Part shown: one piece after another, positions 47,216 to 60,960 of the stretch
Layout: every line of letters starts with the position of its first letter
Numbering within the stretch: position 1 is the first letter of the stretch
NCBI GenBank assembly: GCA_043228905.1
Contig: JBHGNT010000005.1
Span: forward strand, 13,950,001-14,014,000
DNA length: 64,000 nucleotides
Reading direction: 5' to 3'
Source of the DNA: Azolla caroliniana
Lineage: Eukaryota; Plantae; Polypodiophyta
Made by a program: the position numbers and the translations under genes
The notes under the pieces: generated by a model
What the model was told of the DNA's origin: nothing
Database searches by the model: none
Seen by the model: only the letters and a program-made list of their open reading frames with translations

Positions 47216-50200
47216 TTAGAAGCCATTTGCCCAGCTCTTGACGATGTCTCCGGCAAGTGTGCCGAGTTGGAATGTGTCGTTAAACTCGTCAATTATCCAA
47301 AAGGGGCCTGTCCATCGGAATCGTAATTTACCCGTCATCGCACCGAGTCGTGTTTGGAAGACCAACACCGGTTTGCCGATGGTAAGTGCTTTCTCCGTAT
47401 CCTTTCGGTGTCGATTGATGAAGTCTTTGCGTTGCCGTTGGCGTTGCTCCAGGTGAGCCATGCTGGCCACTCGTTGTTCGCCGAGTTCGAGGAGTTGTTC
47501 GAGCTGATATTGCTCTGATTGACCCTCGGGTAGCCTTTCCTTAACCTGAACTCGGAGACTCAGAACTTGGAACTCGATCTGCATGACTGCTTCCAAACAA
47601 ACCAAAGGCCATCTGAAAGGGGGTAGATTGAATGCTAGTTTTAAATGTGGTGTGATATGCCCATAATGCACTCTGGAGCTTGTCATCCCAATCGGTGCGG
47701 TTTTCATTGACGATCTTTTTCAGGATTGTCTCCAAAATTTTATTAGTCGACTCTACCAATCCGTTTGCCTGTGGATAGTACGGCATACTTTTCCTATGTA
47801 CGACCATGTAGTGTGTAGTGAGTTCGCGAATTATATGGTTTAGAAAATGCCCGCCTTGGTCACTAATGAGCTCGATTGGGCATCCATATCGGCACCATAG
47901 ATATTCGTATATGATTTTTGCCGTGGATGCAACGGTATTGTCCCGCAGTGCCTTAGCCTCGACCCATTTTGTGCAATAGTCCGTGGCCACAATGATGTAT
48001 TTGTTACCGGTGCAGGCCGCAGCTGGTTTAAAAGGTCCTACAAAATCTAACCCCCACTTTTGAAATGGCTCTAACGGAAGAATGGGTTGGTGTGGCATCC
48101 GGCTTTGCTCGGTCGATTGTCCCATGCGTTGACATAGATCACATTGTCGACAGAATTCATGAGCATCTTCTTTTGTTGTGGGCCACCACAAGCCACTCTG
48201 CCATATTTTTCTTGCTGTGGCCTCTCCAACGTAATGTCCCCCCGCGATTCCGTGATGTGCCTCCTAGAGGATTGTGGGGTTTCTGACGGATTGCACGACG
48301 CTAGATGCCATCCGACCCTTTGCGGTAAAGGGTGTCAGAGACAAGACAAAAATTTCGGCTCCTGACAGCTAGTCGTTTTCGAGCGTCGAGGGTCAAGTGG
48401 ATGGGAGGAAGGCCGGTGCAGAGAAAATGGGTCATCTCTGCGATCCATTCGTCCTCATTTCGTCTGGCACCGTTGCGAGACTGAAAAGGGCAGCGTCGGG
48501 TAATTCATCGTACGTGGACACGGCTAGTTCACCTAACTCGAGGCAACTCAGGTAGTCAGCTACGGTGTGTTGGATGTCGGGCCGGTGCTAGATCTGAAAA
48601 TCAAACTCCTGTAGTAGGAGCATCCATCAGGTTAGGCGACCTATGAGGGCCTGCTTATTAACCAAGTAGAGGAGGGTCGACGTGGAATGTGAAGTTCCGG
48701 CCTGAGAGATAATGCCAGAATTTGTTGGTGTTGTAAACCATACCGAGGGCCTCGCGTTCAGTGGTGGAGTAGTTCTTCTCTACAGACGAGAGTCGTCAGC
48801 TAGCGTAATACACTGGCCGGTACCAATTTGGTGGTGCGCGCTGCATGAACGCGCTGCCGATGGCCATATCCGATGCGTCTACGAAGACGTGAAAAGTTTT
48901 CGACCAGACCGGTGCCTGTACCACCGGGGCATGGGAGAGCATTAACTTCAAGGCTTGGTATGCCTCGTCTTTGTTGAAGACCACTGAAATGGGAGTCTAT
49001 GCACTGCCGCGTGTAACGGATTCATGAAATTGGCCAGGTGTCGCAACATCCGGCAATGCCATCTAATTTGGCCCAAGAATCTACTGAGAGCCTTCATGAT
49101 AGAGGGCGCGGGGGCATTCAAAATGGCATGCACTTTATCCGGGTCCATGGTGATACCTTCCTGGCTGACTATGTGCCTAAGTAGGTTGCCGCTTGTCACC
49201 AAGAACACACATTTTGCCGGATTTAAACTTAAGTAAGCATGTCAGCATTGTTCGAGACAGAGCCGTAGCTGGGTCATATGCTCTAGCCGCTGGCCATACA
49301 TAGCAAAGTCGTCGAGGAACACTTGCAAGAACGTCGGAATATACTTGTTGAAAATCTCTGAGATGATGCGTTGGAACGTGGTCGGTGTTGTCTTTAATCC
49401 GAACATCATTACCTCGGCCACGAAGACACCACAGTCCGTGACAAACGTCGTTTTCTCCTGATCGTCCGGGTGCATTCGGATTTGATTATAGCCACTGAAC
49501 CCATCGAGGAAACTGTAGCACTCATGACCAATCACCGTGTTGAGGACACTATCTGTGAACAGAAGAGGGAACCCATCCGTGACTGCCGCAACATTGAGTT
49601 TGCGGTAATCAACACAAACGTGGATTTTCTCGTTTTTCTTGGGGACCACGACGATTGGGCTTAACCATGTGGCTCTTTTTACTGGGCGTATAAAGCCTAC
49701 TCGAAGGAGTTTTTCGATTTCCTCTTTGACCTTAGCCGCGTAGTTGGGGTTCATACGGTACCGTTGTTGTTGGATTGGCCGAGTGTCCGGTAGGAGGTGT
49801 AGTTGGTGTTGGTAAAATTGGGGATCCAATCCTTTCATATCCGTGTAAGACCAAGCGAATACATCCTGATATTCCGTGAGCAGGCGTACCAGGGCTAACT
49901 GTTCGTCGGCTGGTAGGTTATTAGCGATTTGAAGTGTCCGCGGGTTCTTGTCTGAGCCGAGGTTCAGTGACTCGAGCGTTGATACTTTTACCCACGGGGA
50001 AATGGCGACTTCTGGCTCGAATGCGTCCCGTGTTTGTCGTAGTTCTGTGATAGTGGTGGGATCGGCATCGTCCTGGGGAAGGGAATGTATCGTGCCATCC
50101 TCGTCCAGTGGTGTGCCAACACCCGAAATTGCGTTTATTTCGAAGAGGGGTACGATAGTGGGGTGATCTTGTAGGAAGTCATCCACCTCTTCGTCAACTA

Positions 50201-52372
50201 AGTTATAAGGGCGTATAAGGGCGTAGTTTTGTGTGGCATGGCTAGGCGTTCTTCAGTTATTACCCGTACCTTGGACTTCCCCCGACGGAAGGAGATCATA
50301 TTCCGCTACCAATGTTGTTTAATATTTGTTGTGTGTAGCCAGGGTCAGCCAAGCAGCATTGGGTAAGTGCCCGGAGCTTCGAGGCGTAACACGACTGCCG
50401 AGATAGTGAACAGGTGGCTGGCTAACGTGAAATCAAGGTGGCGGATTAACCCGATGGGGTGAACCAATCGCGTATCGGCCATCCGCAACCAAAAGGGGCA
50501 AGGCTCCCATTGGTTTATGCCGAGGATGTGACATGTGGCCTCGCTGATGACGTTCACACCGGAGCCACCGTCGATAATGCACCCATGAAGGTCTCGCCCT
50601 TTAATCATGATTTTCACGGCTGGATTCTGGGAATCCATGAGGGGTGGGCCCGTCCCTGGCTCCATCAGGTTAACAGGGGGTACAACCGATTTGTCATTAG
50701 CCGTGAGCTTAGCCAAGGTATCTCGAAAGCGTGGCATGAGAGTTAACAGCTTATGTAATGGCAGCGAGATCCTAGCGCTTGTAAGGGCTTCCCATAAATG
50801 GTCATCTTCTGCCGTGGTGGATGATCCTGCGATCGGTGGTGTGTCGATGGTCACGTCATGCATCTCTGTGTGCATCCGTGCCACGTTGCTTTTGTTGGCG
50901 GTGTCAATCCATTCCTTGGCTGCTTGTCGAACGTCATCTTGTTCTTGCCATTGGTTGGCGTGGGTCTTGCTACGTGTAGTGACATGTTGGACGTCGGCCA
51001 TAATAGTATTCACAGCTGGGGCCTTGCCGCGGTCTGTGGTTGGGCATTGGGTAGCGTAGTGGCCGGGTTGGTTACACTTAAAGCAGATAACGGATGTCGA
51101 GTTGCTAGTGTCACCGTGCTCAGTGTGTGGGAAGGGTTTTGATTGGTTCCCGGTCGCTTGGGTAGGTGTGGTGGCCTGTGGCGCGGTGTGCGTTGTGTTT
51201 GTAGGGGGGTCCCGACGACGATTGTTCCGTGGACCTCTATAAGAGTTTCATCGATCATTTCATGCATACCGTTGATCGTATCGGTCCTCCCGGTTGTCGT
51301 CATACCAATCGTACTCATCGTTCACTCTATATTGGTCATCGTGGTACTGGTCACGGACGTCCAATCTCCTGCAATTGTCGTGGCGGTACCGTTCGTCGTT
51401 GCGGCGGTAGTCGTCGTCACGGCGTTGGCAATCCGGGGATCGTGGCTGCTCATTTGCCCGATGTCGGTATGACTGACGTTCATCCTGTCGGGAGTACGTA
51501 TTGCGCAGCTCAATCTGGCGAACCAGAGTCGTCATTGTGCGGTTGAGCATGTTGTACTCACAGTGTGCGATCGTGTGAGCTCGGCACTGACATATGGGGC
51601 AGTGTGGCCGGTGAGGGCACTCAAGAGCCAGATGGCCGAAGCCTGAGTAGGCCGTGCATTGAAGGGCTTGTTGCAAACGATTGTCCTCCTGAGGAAGGGA
51701 GCTTTGCAAAGAGCCTGTGGATAAAACCGTGGTATGTTGTGTCTGATTGATTGCAAGGATGTGTGCGACGACTTGCTCGATAGTCTGGTTGCAGAAATCT
51801 ATAAGTTCGAGGGTCGTTCGTAGAGGCTCTCGTAGGCTGAATAGGAAGGTATCCGGAATGTGATGAGCGGAGACATCGTCGGCCAATTTTCGGTAGAGAT
51901 CCTTAAACCGGATCGTGAACTGGGCGACCATCTCGTGAGGTTCTTAGCTCATGGACAAGAATTGCCAAAGTAGTTCCCGCTTCGGAACTTGGCGGTGAAA
52001 TAATTGTAGGAACTTTGTCCGGATGTCCTGGAACGTTGTGACCTCTCCCATGTCGAGGCAGGAGTACCATCGAGCAGTGGGGCCATCGAGGGATAAAGCA
52101 AATTCCGCGAGTTTGGAGGCCTCGATTTCGGCAGCCGATAACCGCTACGTCAAGTGGTTGGCCTGCCATGTGGACACGAACACCCAAGTGCGTGATTCCG
52201 CATCAGGGCCGTCGGTATACCGTGGGTAAGGGTAAGGCATGGTATCGAGATCCAGGTCCTCGGGTAAAGCCGGAAAAGGGTTAGGGTCAGGTTGGGTGAC
52301 CTCTAGAGGGCTAAACGGGGAGGTTGGTGCGGAATCAACTCGCGACTGGGTATCAGGCGGCGAGGATTGCAA
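47216..52372 (-). pseudogene. Degenerate gag-pol of element A (gag, CCHC knuckles, PR, RT, RNase H, integrase)
   Basis: IIDGGSGVNV, WLSPIVVVPKKN, FLDGFSGYNQI, VFLDDFA, FVDASDMAIG, WGLDFVGPF, SDQGGHF, WTGPF; multiple stops and frameshifts. Confidence 0.9.
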
Positions 52373-53061
52373 CCGGTGAGCCTCCGATAGTTCCTGGAAC
52401 GATTGGTCAGTAACCGCCGAGTCATAAGTTCCTTCGACAGGCTCAGGGCATCGGGCAGGTGGTCGAGACCGCGTGATGCGATTGGGCGCCGTAATGGCGG
52501 CCGGAGTTTGCTTCCAACGTAGTTCGTTGTGACCTTACAGCTATAACCGGGCGTGCCAAATTGTGTTAACCATTTCTAGGAAACACCTTCGATAAGCCCA
52601 CAGGCTATCGGTGTCAAGGGATCGTGTTACGTGGGAGCCTCTTCTACAAGGGGGGGGGGAAGAAAGGAGAACGAGGAGCGTACAGGGGCTACAACCCGTT
52701 AGGCATAAACGTAGCTCGATTTACGAGTACGGGGAGAATACACAGATAGAATATTAGAAAACGAAACTTATATTAAACGATAGAGCTCCCAGTGATTACA
52801 GTACTTGGCTCTCAGCCGGAAACAGTTAGTACACAGCTTGCTGCTAGGATATTACTCTCGCTAAGAATGATCTAGATAATTCCCCCCTTGAGGTATGCAT
52901 AACTCGGGTTATATAGTTTTCCCCTTCAGATCGAGCCGAGCCATCGGCTGATTGTGAGGGCTAAAACACGGCTATTTCTAGTCTTACCTATTTCCTCACC
53001 TACTCTTCTACCTAACAACGAGTTTACATAATATATTTATATTTCTGGCCTACGAACAACA

Positions 53062-53800
53062 GTCGGTCTTCTCTAAGTTCCTTCATTGAGCATGTCTCGA
53101 GAAGTTGTTGTTTCAACTTCCCGATTTCGACTTTATCACTTCTAACGATAAGCATGTCATCGACATATAGGATTAGGTAAATTTGGAACTCATCACCTAG
53201 TTGTTGAATATACATACACAGGTCGAAGTCGGACCGGCTTTAACCAAGTTGTCGAACCTTAGCGCTGGCTTGAAGCCGTAAGGGCTTTTCTTCAATTGGC
53301 ATATGAGGTGACCTTCCTCCCCCGCCGCCGTGAAGCCTGTCAGTTGAGACATGTAGATGTCCTCTTCCAGATCTCCATGGAGAAATACCATCTTTACGTC
53401 CAATTGCGCAAGATCAAGGTTTTCTGTCACTACGACCCCGAGTAGGAGCAAAACGTTGTAATCTTGACTACGGGAGAAAATATCTCCTTGTAGTCAATGC
53501 CATGTTCTTGTTTGAAACCCTTGACAATGAGATGAGCTTTGTATTTGGGCTTGGCTGGTAATTAGACTAGCTCCCACTTGTCATTTTCACGAATTGAGTC
53601 CATTTCAGATCTCATGGCTTGTTGCCATGTTTCGGCATCTGGCGCAGTAATGGCTTCTTTGTAAGAGCTTGGGTCTCCTGCATCGGTATACTAGACATAG
53701 TCCATGCCCGATTGATAGAACTCTACCAGCTTTCACACTCGTACTGATCTCCTTAGTGCCGGTATAATTGGTTCGGATTCTTTGGTTGATATAGATGTAT
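53062..53800 (-). mobile_element. Element H, 5' portion: RT N-terminus
   Basis: QLDVKMVFLHGDLEEDIYM, LYVDDMLIV and SMKEL. The RT reading continues across the A TSD into 31213. Confidence 0.85.
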
Positions 53801-53899
53801 GATCGACATGATGTGAACCTCTATTGGAAGGAGATCGAAATATAGATCCATGTTGAGAATCAAACCCAACTTCCCCAATGTAATGGCTTTCACACTGGC

Positions 53900-55180
53900 A
53901 ACGGACACTCTAGGTTCAGGCTAGTTTTGTAAATTGTAGAGAGGGTAGTTGCCCTAAGTTATTTAGTATTTAAACCAACCCTTTCGTAACTAAGTTACTA
54001 TTGGATGTAATTTTATCTATTGCTAATACAGCTTCTTGTTGTCTGTCTCTCTAAGATCTCTTTTTCTTTGTTTGTCTTACACACACACACACACACACAG
54101 TTCCTTCTGCTGCACAAGATCATCTACACTCGCATTTCTTTCCATGGTATCAAAGTCTATGATACTCTGATCAAAACTCGTTCAACTGTGTTGTGTCACA
54201 CATTAACGATCAAACACAACCAATTCAACAATAGCGAAGAAAATGAAACAATGAACACTCAGATGGGAAACGCTCTTCCCACCGAGAAACTCGATAGATC
54301 GAACTTTGCATCTTGGGAATACAAGATGCACCAATACCTTATCGGCCAAGGCTATTGGTGATACATCAAAGGAGCTTAAGAAAATCAACCCAACTCGGCA
54401 CATGCCGACTACCCAGCTTGGGAGCAAGCGACATTTGAGAGGCAAAAACTCCTAAAGAAGCTTGGGACAACCTCAAGAAGTTTTTTGCGGTTAACATGGC
54501 CGCACGCAAGCTTCAACTTCGTTAGAACTTGAACAATATTCAATAAAGGGACAAGTTAATCACCTACAATACCTTCAGAAAATCAAGGAGTTATGCCTCA
54601 GATCAAGGAGGTATACCTCAGATCAATCAATGTCATCATTGATGATGATGAAATGGTGCAAATATGCCTCGGCAACTTAGCACCATGATTCAGCAGAATG
54701 AGATCAGCCATCCTAGGAAGGAAGAATCCTCCCTCATTTTTCAACCTTCAGTCGATAATGTTGGTTGAAGGAAATCATGTTCGATTAAGGAGCAATGCGC
54801 CTAATGGTCAGATTCTCTACTCCCAATTGGACGAGGGAAGATGATACGACCGCGGATGTAAAGGCCGACTCGGACGAGGCCGATATGGTCACCCGACCCG
54901 AGAATGCAATTCCCATCATTGGCAAGAGGCTAGGAACACACCAAGGGAGTTCGGCAGAGGGGGGAGCCATCCTCCCAGACCAAGTCACCAAAATAGCCCA
55001 ATCAAATGCAGGTACTATGGAAAATGCGACCACTACGAAGAGGATTGCCGAAAGAAGAAACGAGAGCCGGCTTCGACCAACCGGCAACTCACAGACTATG
55101 CCACAAATTTTGACTATGAAGACCATGGCGAAATGTTCGTCATGAGGCATAAAGCACACTCAATGCCGGCATCAAGTCTG
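53900..55180 (+). mobile_element. Element I: degenerate Copia (C-like gag); partial LTR, PBS and gag, interrupted by B and resuming at about 63688-63810
   Basis: LTR end TTTCCA at 54144, PBS TGGTATCAAAG 54145-54155, gag LPTEKLDRSNFASWEYKMHQYLIGQGYW. The protease motif VWFVDSRASNHMT resumes after B. Confidence 0.8.
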
Positions 55181-55679
55181 TGTTGTCCGCCGGAATAGTA
55201 ACCGACCGACAAGAGCGTAGGAATAAGAAATAATTTAAGATCATAACGCATGTAACGGTTCACGCAAGAAGCGTGAATGGCTAAAAATACCCTGCGTATA
55301 TAAAGGGCAAAAAACCTATGATAGAGGGAGCGTGTAATTTTGGAATGTAAAGAAGTGTATCGTAATAGAATTCTATCTTCTCTAAAAATCTGTGTATAGC
55401 TACGGCTAATCTAATGTGTGTCTGGAATACTTGAGAGTGTAAGAACATGAGTGGGTAATCACTGATAAGGAGTCGGTTGTAGCCGTCTCCCTTATACGTT
55501 GTTAGGTTACGGGGAACATTCCCCTACGTACTACGCATAGACGCCACCATTCGTTGTTTCAAAATCACTTGGAGGTCTAGGTCGAAGGATTGACCGCAGA
55601 CCGTGTTCCTAATCGATAACACTTTTGGCACACCTGGTGATCTGTGTCTTCTCACAGACGAACAACGACGAATGGATGT

Positions 55680-58600
55680 TTAGCCATAGACGCCCCAGAG
55701 AACCAACACAACAAGACCGGCCAATCACAAGGTCCGTCACACGCCAGGCAGAGGAACGTGCACGACAAAAGCCTCGCCTCAACGACCTCAGTACTACCTA
55801 TCGTGATTACAAAGGTGATTCTTCGCTCTCCGAATACCTCGACGATACGCGGGGAGCACGCTCACCATAGCAGCACTGTGGTCTTTCCCGACCCACCGTA
55901 GCCCCCAGCATGACCTTTGCCTATCACCGCTTTAACGGCGAAACCGACGCCGCAACCCATATTCGCATGTTCCTCAATGTCTGGAATGCGAACCATATTC
56001 GCAGAGCCTTTCGGAGGTGGTAGCGCACCAGTCGAAAATGACGGAGTTTAGGTTAACATTGGATGGGCGAGTGGCATTTTGGCATTCACAGATGGATTTG
56101 TCAGCAATCACGACCTTCGATCAGCTGCAGGCCGCTTTTTTGCGGTTCTTCCATCGGACGGTTCCACAACACGAAATCCTCAAACAGTTCTACATGATTA
56201 AGCAACTGCCGACCGAGACGATCGTAGACTTCAGCTTATGTTTCCAAAATTTACGGCGGAAACTAGAATGGAGACCCGCGAAGGACGAGGCTCGAGAGAC
56301 ATTTCTGGCAACATTACGCTGACCCATACGGACAACGCTCAACAACAATAGCGTGAAAGGGGAAACGGCGGATATGGTCATTGAACGAGCATTACAACTC
56401 GAGTTGGACAAGGAGGAGGAAAGGTTTTCTATGTCCTCCTTATGACAAGCATTACCTCAGGACAAGGAACGGTAGTTACGTCAAGCAATCCAGTGCACGA
56501 TTTGCTTGAACTCCGGGCATTCCGCAGTGGAGTGCACATGCGAATCCACTGCCCAATCTGCCACTCGAAGGCTCACACAGTCGACCAATGCGAATACAAT
56601 ATGTTGAACAGAGCCGCTCCCACAGTATGCAGCATGGACACATAGCGTCCCCCACGCCGTACTGAACAAAGGAGGCAAGAAGACTGACCATGGTATGTGG
56701 ATCGCAACCCACGTGACGACCGGCACCACCGGAATCGCCGGAATCAAAACGATTCCGAGGAAGATGAACCAGAGGATGAGGATTACCGTGGACCTCCGAG
56801 TTATGCTAAAGGGGGCCGGCACTATGAGAATCACCGACCGACAAACAAACGTGGAGGCTTCAATGGTTATCATAGGAAGCCACGGCAATATCGAGACCAC
56901 CAGCGATACGGCAAAAGCTCGAGAGATGAGCAACACCAAGAACCACGTCGGGACCAACAGCAAACACCGCGTGCATTCCGACAAATGAGGCTAGACCGTG
57001 AGGAGCAAGTCGCACTAGGGGATCGGCACACACCACCAGGAACCGAGAAGGGCGAATCAAGCATCCATTGTTTTGTTTGTCAGCAACCCGGACATTATGC
57101 CACGCAATGCCCAACACGCAAGGGCAAGGGGCCCACCGTCAATACGATTATGGCGGAAGTGCAGCAAGTCATGATACGCCAACAAACAAAAACGGCTGAT
57201 TGGGCCGCGCAAGATGAGATACGACGACAAGGCCAAGCATGGGTGGAAAACGCAAATGCGACCAATATAGAGCGCATGCGGAAGGAGTCCGCGAATACAA
57301 GGGAGCGAGCAGAGGACGAAGGACCGGTCCCAGACCCCGTTTGGCAGGCATTAGCGTGCTGCGAGATAACATTAACCATGGAGAAGCTGTTATAGTTAGT
57401 CCCACGCTTCCGCCAGACCATGGAAGAACGGGTGACGGGCATACCTGGGGTGAGCGTTGCTACAAACCTTATAGACGTTAGCGACGGACCGCCTGTAGTG
57501 GATCACCACAACCCGACTATTACATTGATATTACACGGACAGGAAATTCCTAGATGCATAATCGATGGCGGCTTAGGCGTTAATGAAATTAGCGTGAAAA
57601 CTTGCGAGCAGTTAGGCATTTTAGAATGGGAGGCTTGCCCATTCTGGCTCTGAATGGCAGATACCCGCTCAGTACGACCATTGGGGTTAATTTGCAAGAT
57701 AGGCATTATCGTGGGCGGACATCGCCTCGACATCTCGACAGTCGTCCTCGCCTTGGACGCCCTAGGGGCATACCCAGTGCTTCTGGGCAGACCATGGCTT
57801 TGGGCAGAAAATATCAAGCAGAGCTGGCAACACAAGTGTATCAATTTCCAACACAGACGCACTAAGGTTCGCGTACCTACGGAAGGAAGCATGCCACAAC
57901 CCAAGGGTATAACACCATTATACGCAGAAGATATAAATATGTTGGCTGGGGTGGAGGATGCAAAATTAGAGGCATACCTAGATGAGCACCCTCGGATCAT
58001 TCCGTTGTTCGAAATCGGCGTCATCGCAACCGTGGTAGAATATGCCACGGCCACTATTCTCCATGACGAGGCTTACGAACCAAACCCAGAGTCCATATTG
58101 GACCTCAACAGAGCACGGGCGACATTCGAAAGGGAAATGGAAATTTCACGACGAGTCACCGCCTCCGCACTGGAAGAAGTAAATGTGGGTACGGACTCAG
58201 AACCCCGTTTCCTCTCCATCGCAAAGGAATTAAGGCCGGAGCAGAGAAACACGATGATCGCACTACTCAAGAAATATAAAGATGTGTTCCGTTGGGCTCA
58301 CGAGGACATGAAGGGGTTAGATCCCAAGTTCTATCAACATAAGATCAATTTAGCAACCGACGCAAAACCCATCCAGCAGCGCCGCTACTGCATGAACCCG
58401 AACTACGCGACCCGCATAAAAGAAGAAATTGACAAACTCCTGAAGGCGGGGGTTCATACGGCCAGTTAAATAAGCCACATGGTTAAGTCCGATAGTAGTC
58501 GTTCCAAAGAAAAATGGCAAAATACGAGTATGCGTGGATTACCGAAAACTAAACATCGTAACCATTACAGACGCATTCCCTTTACCATTCACTGATAGCG

Positions 58601-60960
58601 TACTGGACGCCGTCGCAAGACATGAGATGTACAGTTTTTTAGATGGCTTCAGTGGGTATAAGCAGGTACGCATGCATCCCGAGGACCAAGAGAATATGAC
58701 ATTTGTCACGGATTGGGGAGTCTATGTGGCAATCGTCATGATGTTCGGGCTAAAGACGGCGCTGGCAACATTTCAACGAACAATTACGAAGATCTTTGGG
58801 GAATATATTCCGACGTTCATGCAAGGTTTTTTAGATGACTTTGCGGTATATGGAAGAACAATAGACCATTTTATGCATCTGCAATTGTGCCTGGAACGTT
58901 GCCGCACCGCACGCTTAAGCCTGAATCCCGCGAAATGTGCCTTTGGCGTGACCAGCGGGACTCTCCTAGGCCATATAGTCAGCAAGGAGGGAATAGCGGT
59001 CGATCCGAACAAGATCTCCGCGATTACGCAAGCCAAAACTACGACAAACGCGAAATCACTCAGCCGGTTTTTAGGACAAATACAGTGGCATAGTCGGATG
59101 ATACGATATTTGGCGGACTTCGCCACGCCGCTACACGCTGCCGTACATCGGACTCCCTTCCAATGGACCGCAACGTAGGACAAGGCCTATGAGGCACTTA
59201 AGATAATGCTCACACAGGCCCCCGTCGTACAACCACCAGTTTGGGCAAAGCCATTCCACGTGTTCGTCGACACCTCGAACATAGCAATAGGGAATGCACT
59301 AATGCAGCTCACCGAACCAAACTGGTACCGACCAGTGTACTATGCTAGTCGCAAATTATCAACAGCAGAGCGTAACTATTCCACAACGGAGCGAGAGCCG
59401 CTAGGGATGATCTATAACATCAATAAATTCCGGCATTATTTACTGGGGAGGAAATTCACGATCCACGTGGATCATTCGGCGCTGCTGTATTTGGTGGAGA
59501 AACAAGCCCTGACGGGGAAATTAGCGCGATGGATATTGCTGCTTCAAGAATTTGATTTTGTAATTCAACACTAACCGGGGATGCAACACCCAGTGGCAGA
59601 TTTTTTGAGCAGAGTCGATAATGGACAAGCAGTACAAAATGACAACGACGATTTTCCAGACGCCGACATCCTGCGGGTAGCAGCACTGGCAGAAAGAACG
59701 GAATCGACCTTTCCGGACCGGTGGCTTATGGAAATGACATACTTTTTTACTATGGGACTGCCTCCACCACAATTACGCACGGACGAGAAGAAACAACTAG
59801 CCGTCTGAAGCCGTAACATTTGCCTCATACAAAGAATTTTATATCACAAAGGAAGTGACGGCATTTGGCGACGTGGGGTACGTCAGGATGAGAAAGAAGT
59901 TGTTTTACGGGAGGCGCACTGCGGCACGGCAGGCGGCCATTACGCGGGCGATGTTACAGCCCGGAAAATATGGCAAGCAGGCCTATGGTGGCCGACAACG
60001 CAGAAGGATGCATCCGAGTATTGTAGAAATTGTGATTTGTGTCAACGGATGGGCCAGCCCACGGAAGGCGCAAGGATGCCACACCAGCCCGTATTACCAT
60101 TAGACCCCTTCCAAAAGTCGGGATTGGATTTTGTGGGCCCCGTCACACCGGCGGCAACCCGTACAGGCAATAAATACATATTGGTAGCCACGGATTATTG
60201 CACCAAGTGGTTAGAAGCCAAGGCACTGCAAGAAAATACGGCGGCCATCACAGCGAGATTCCGTTACGAGCACATCTGGTGCCGGTTCGGCTGTCCGATT
60301 GAGCTCATAAGTGACCAGGGGAGCCACTTTCTCAATACGGTGGTTCGAGAACTAACACATCATTACGTCGTAGTCCACAAGAAGAGTACGCCATATTATC
60401 CACAAGCTAATGGGTTAGCGGAATCCACTAACAAGACGTTGCAGACCATCTTGAAGAAAATAATCAATGAAAATAGAACGGACTGGGATACCAAATTACA
60501 GAGTGCGTTATGGGCGTACAGAACCAGCTACAAAACAAGCATACCGTCAACACCGTTTCGACTAGCGTTTGGGCTGGAGGTTGTGATGCCGGTAGAATTT
60601 TAGATACCCAATTTGCGGATTGAGGTATGGGACCAACTATCGGAAGCCAAGTCGGAGGAGGTACAGCTCCACCAACTACTCGAACTAGGGGAAAAACACG
60701 TACACAACATGGTTGTGTTGGAGCAGGAACGACGACGGCATAAAGCGTTTGTGGATCGACATTGGAACGCGAGGGAAAAGGATTTCGCCATCAGTCAAGC
60801 GGTGCTAGTTTTCCAAACCCGCATGGGCCATATGCCAGGGAAGTTACGATTCCGCTGGACAGGCCCATACTGGATAATTGGCGCGGAACAAGGCACGCTC
60901 CAACTAGGTACGCTGGCCGGGGAAGTATTACGGCAAAAAGTGAATGGGTTTCGCCTTACG
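55680..60960 (+). pseudogene. Degenerate gag-pol of element B
   Basis: CCHC knuckles, IIDGGLGVN, FLDGFSGY, FLDDFAVY, FVDTSNIAIG, GLDFVGP, SDQGSHF, WTGPY; scattered TAG/TGA stops. Confidence 0.9.

Larger units (their letters stand above)
31214..53061 (-). mobile_element. Element A: non-chromovirus (Athila/Tat-like) Ty3/Gypsy with a 3' extra ORF; hosts C, D and a solo LTR
   Basis: TSD GTCGG (31209-31213 / 53062-53066). LTRs at 31214-31681 and 52564-53061 (TGTTAAC...ACAACA on +). PBS TGGCACGCCC on the minus strand at 52549-52558. No PPT. Confidence 0.93.
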
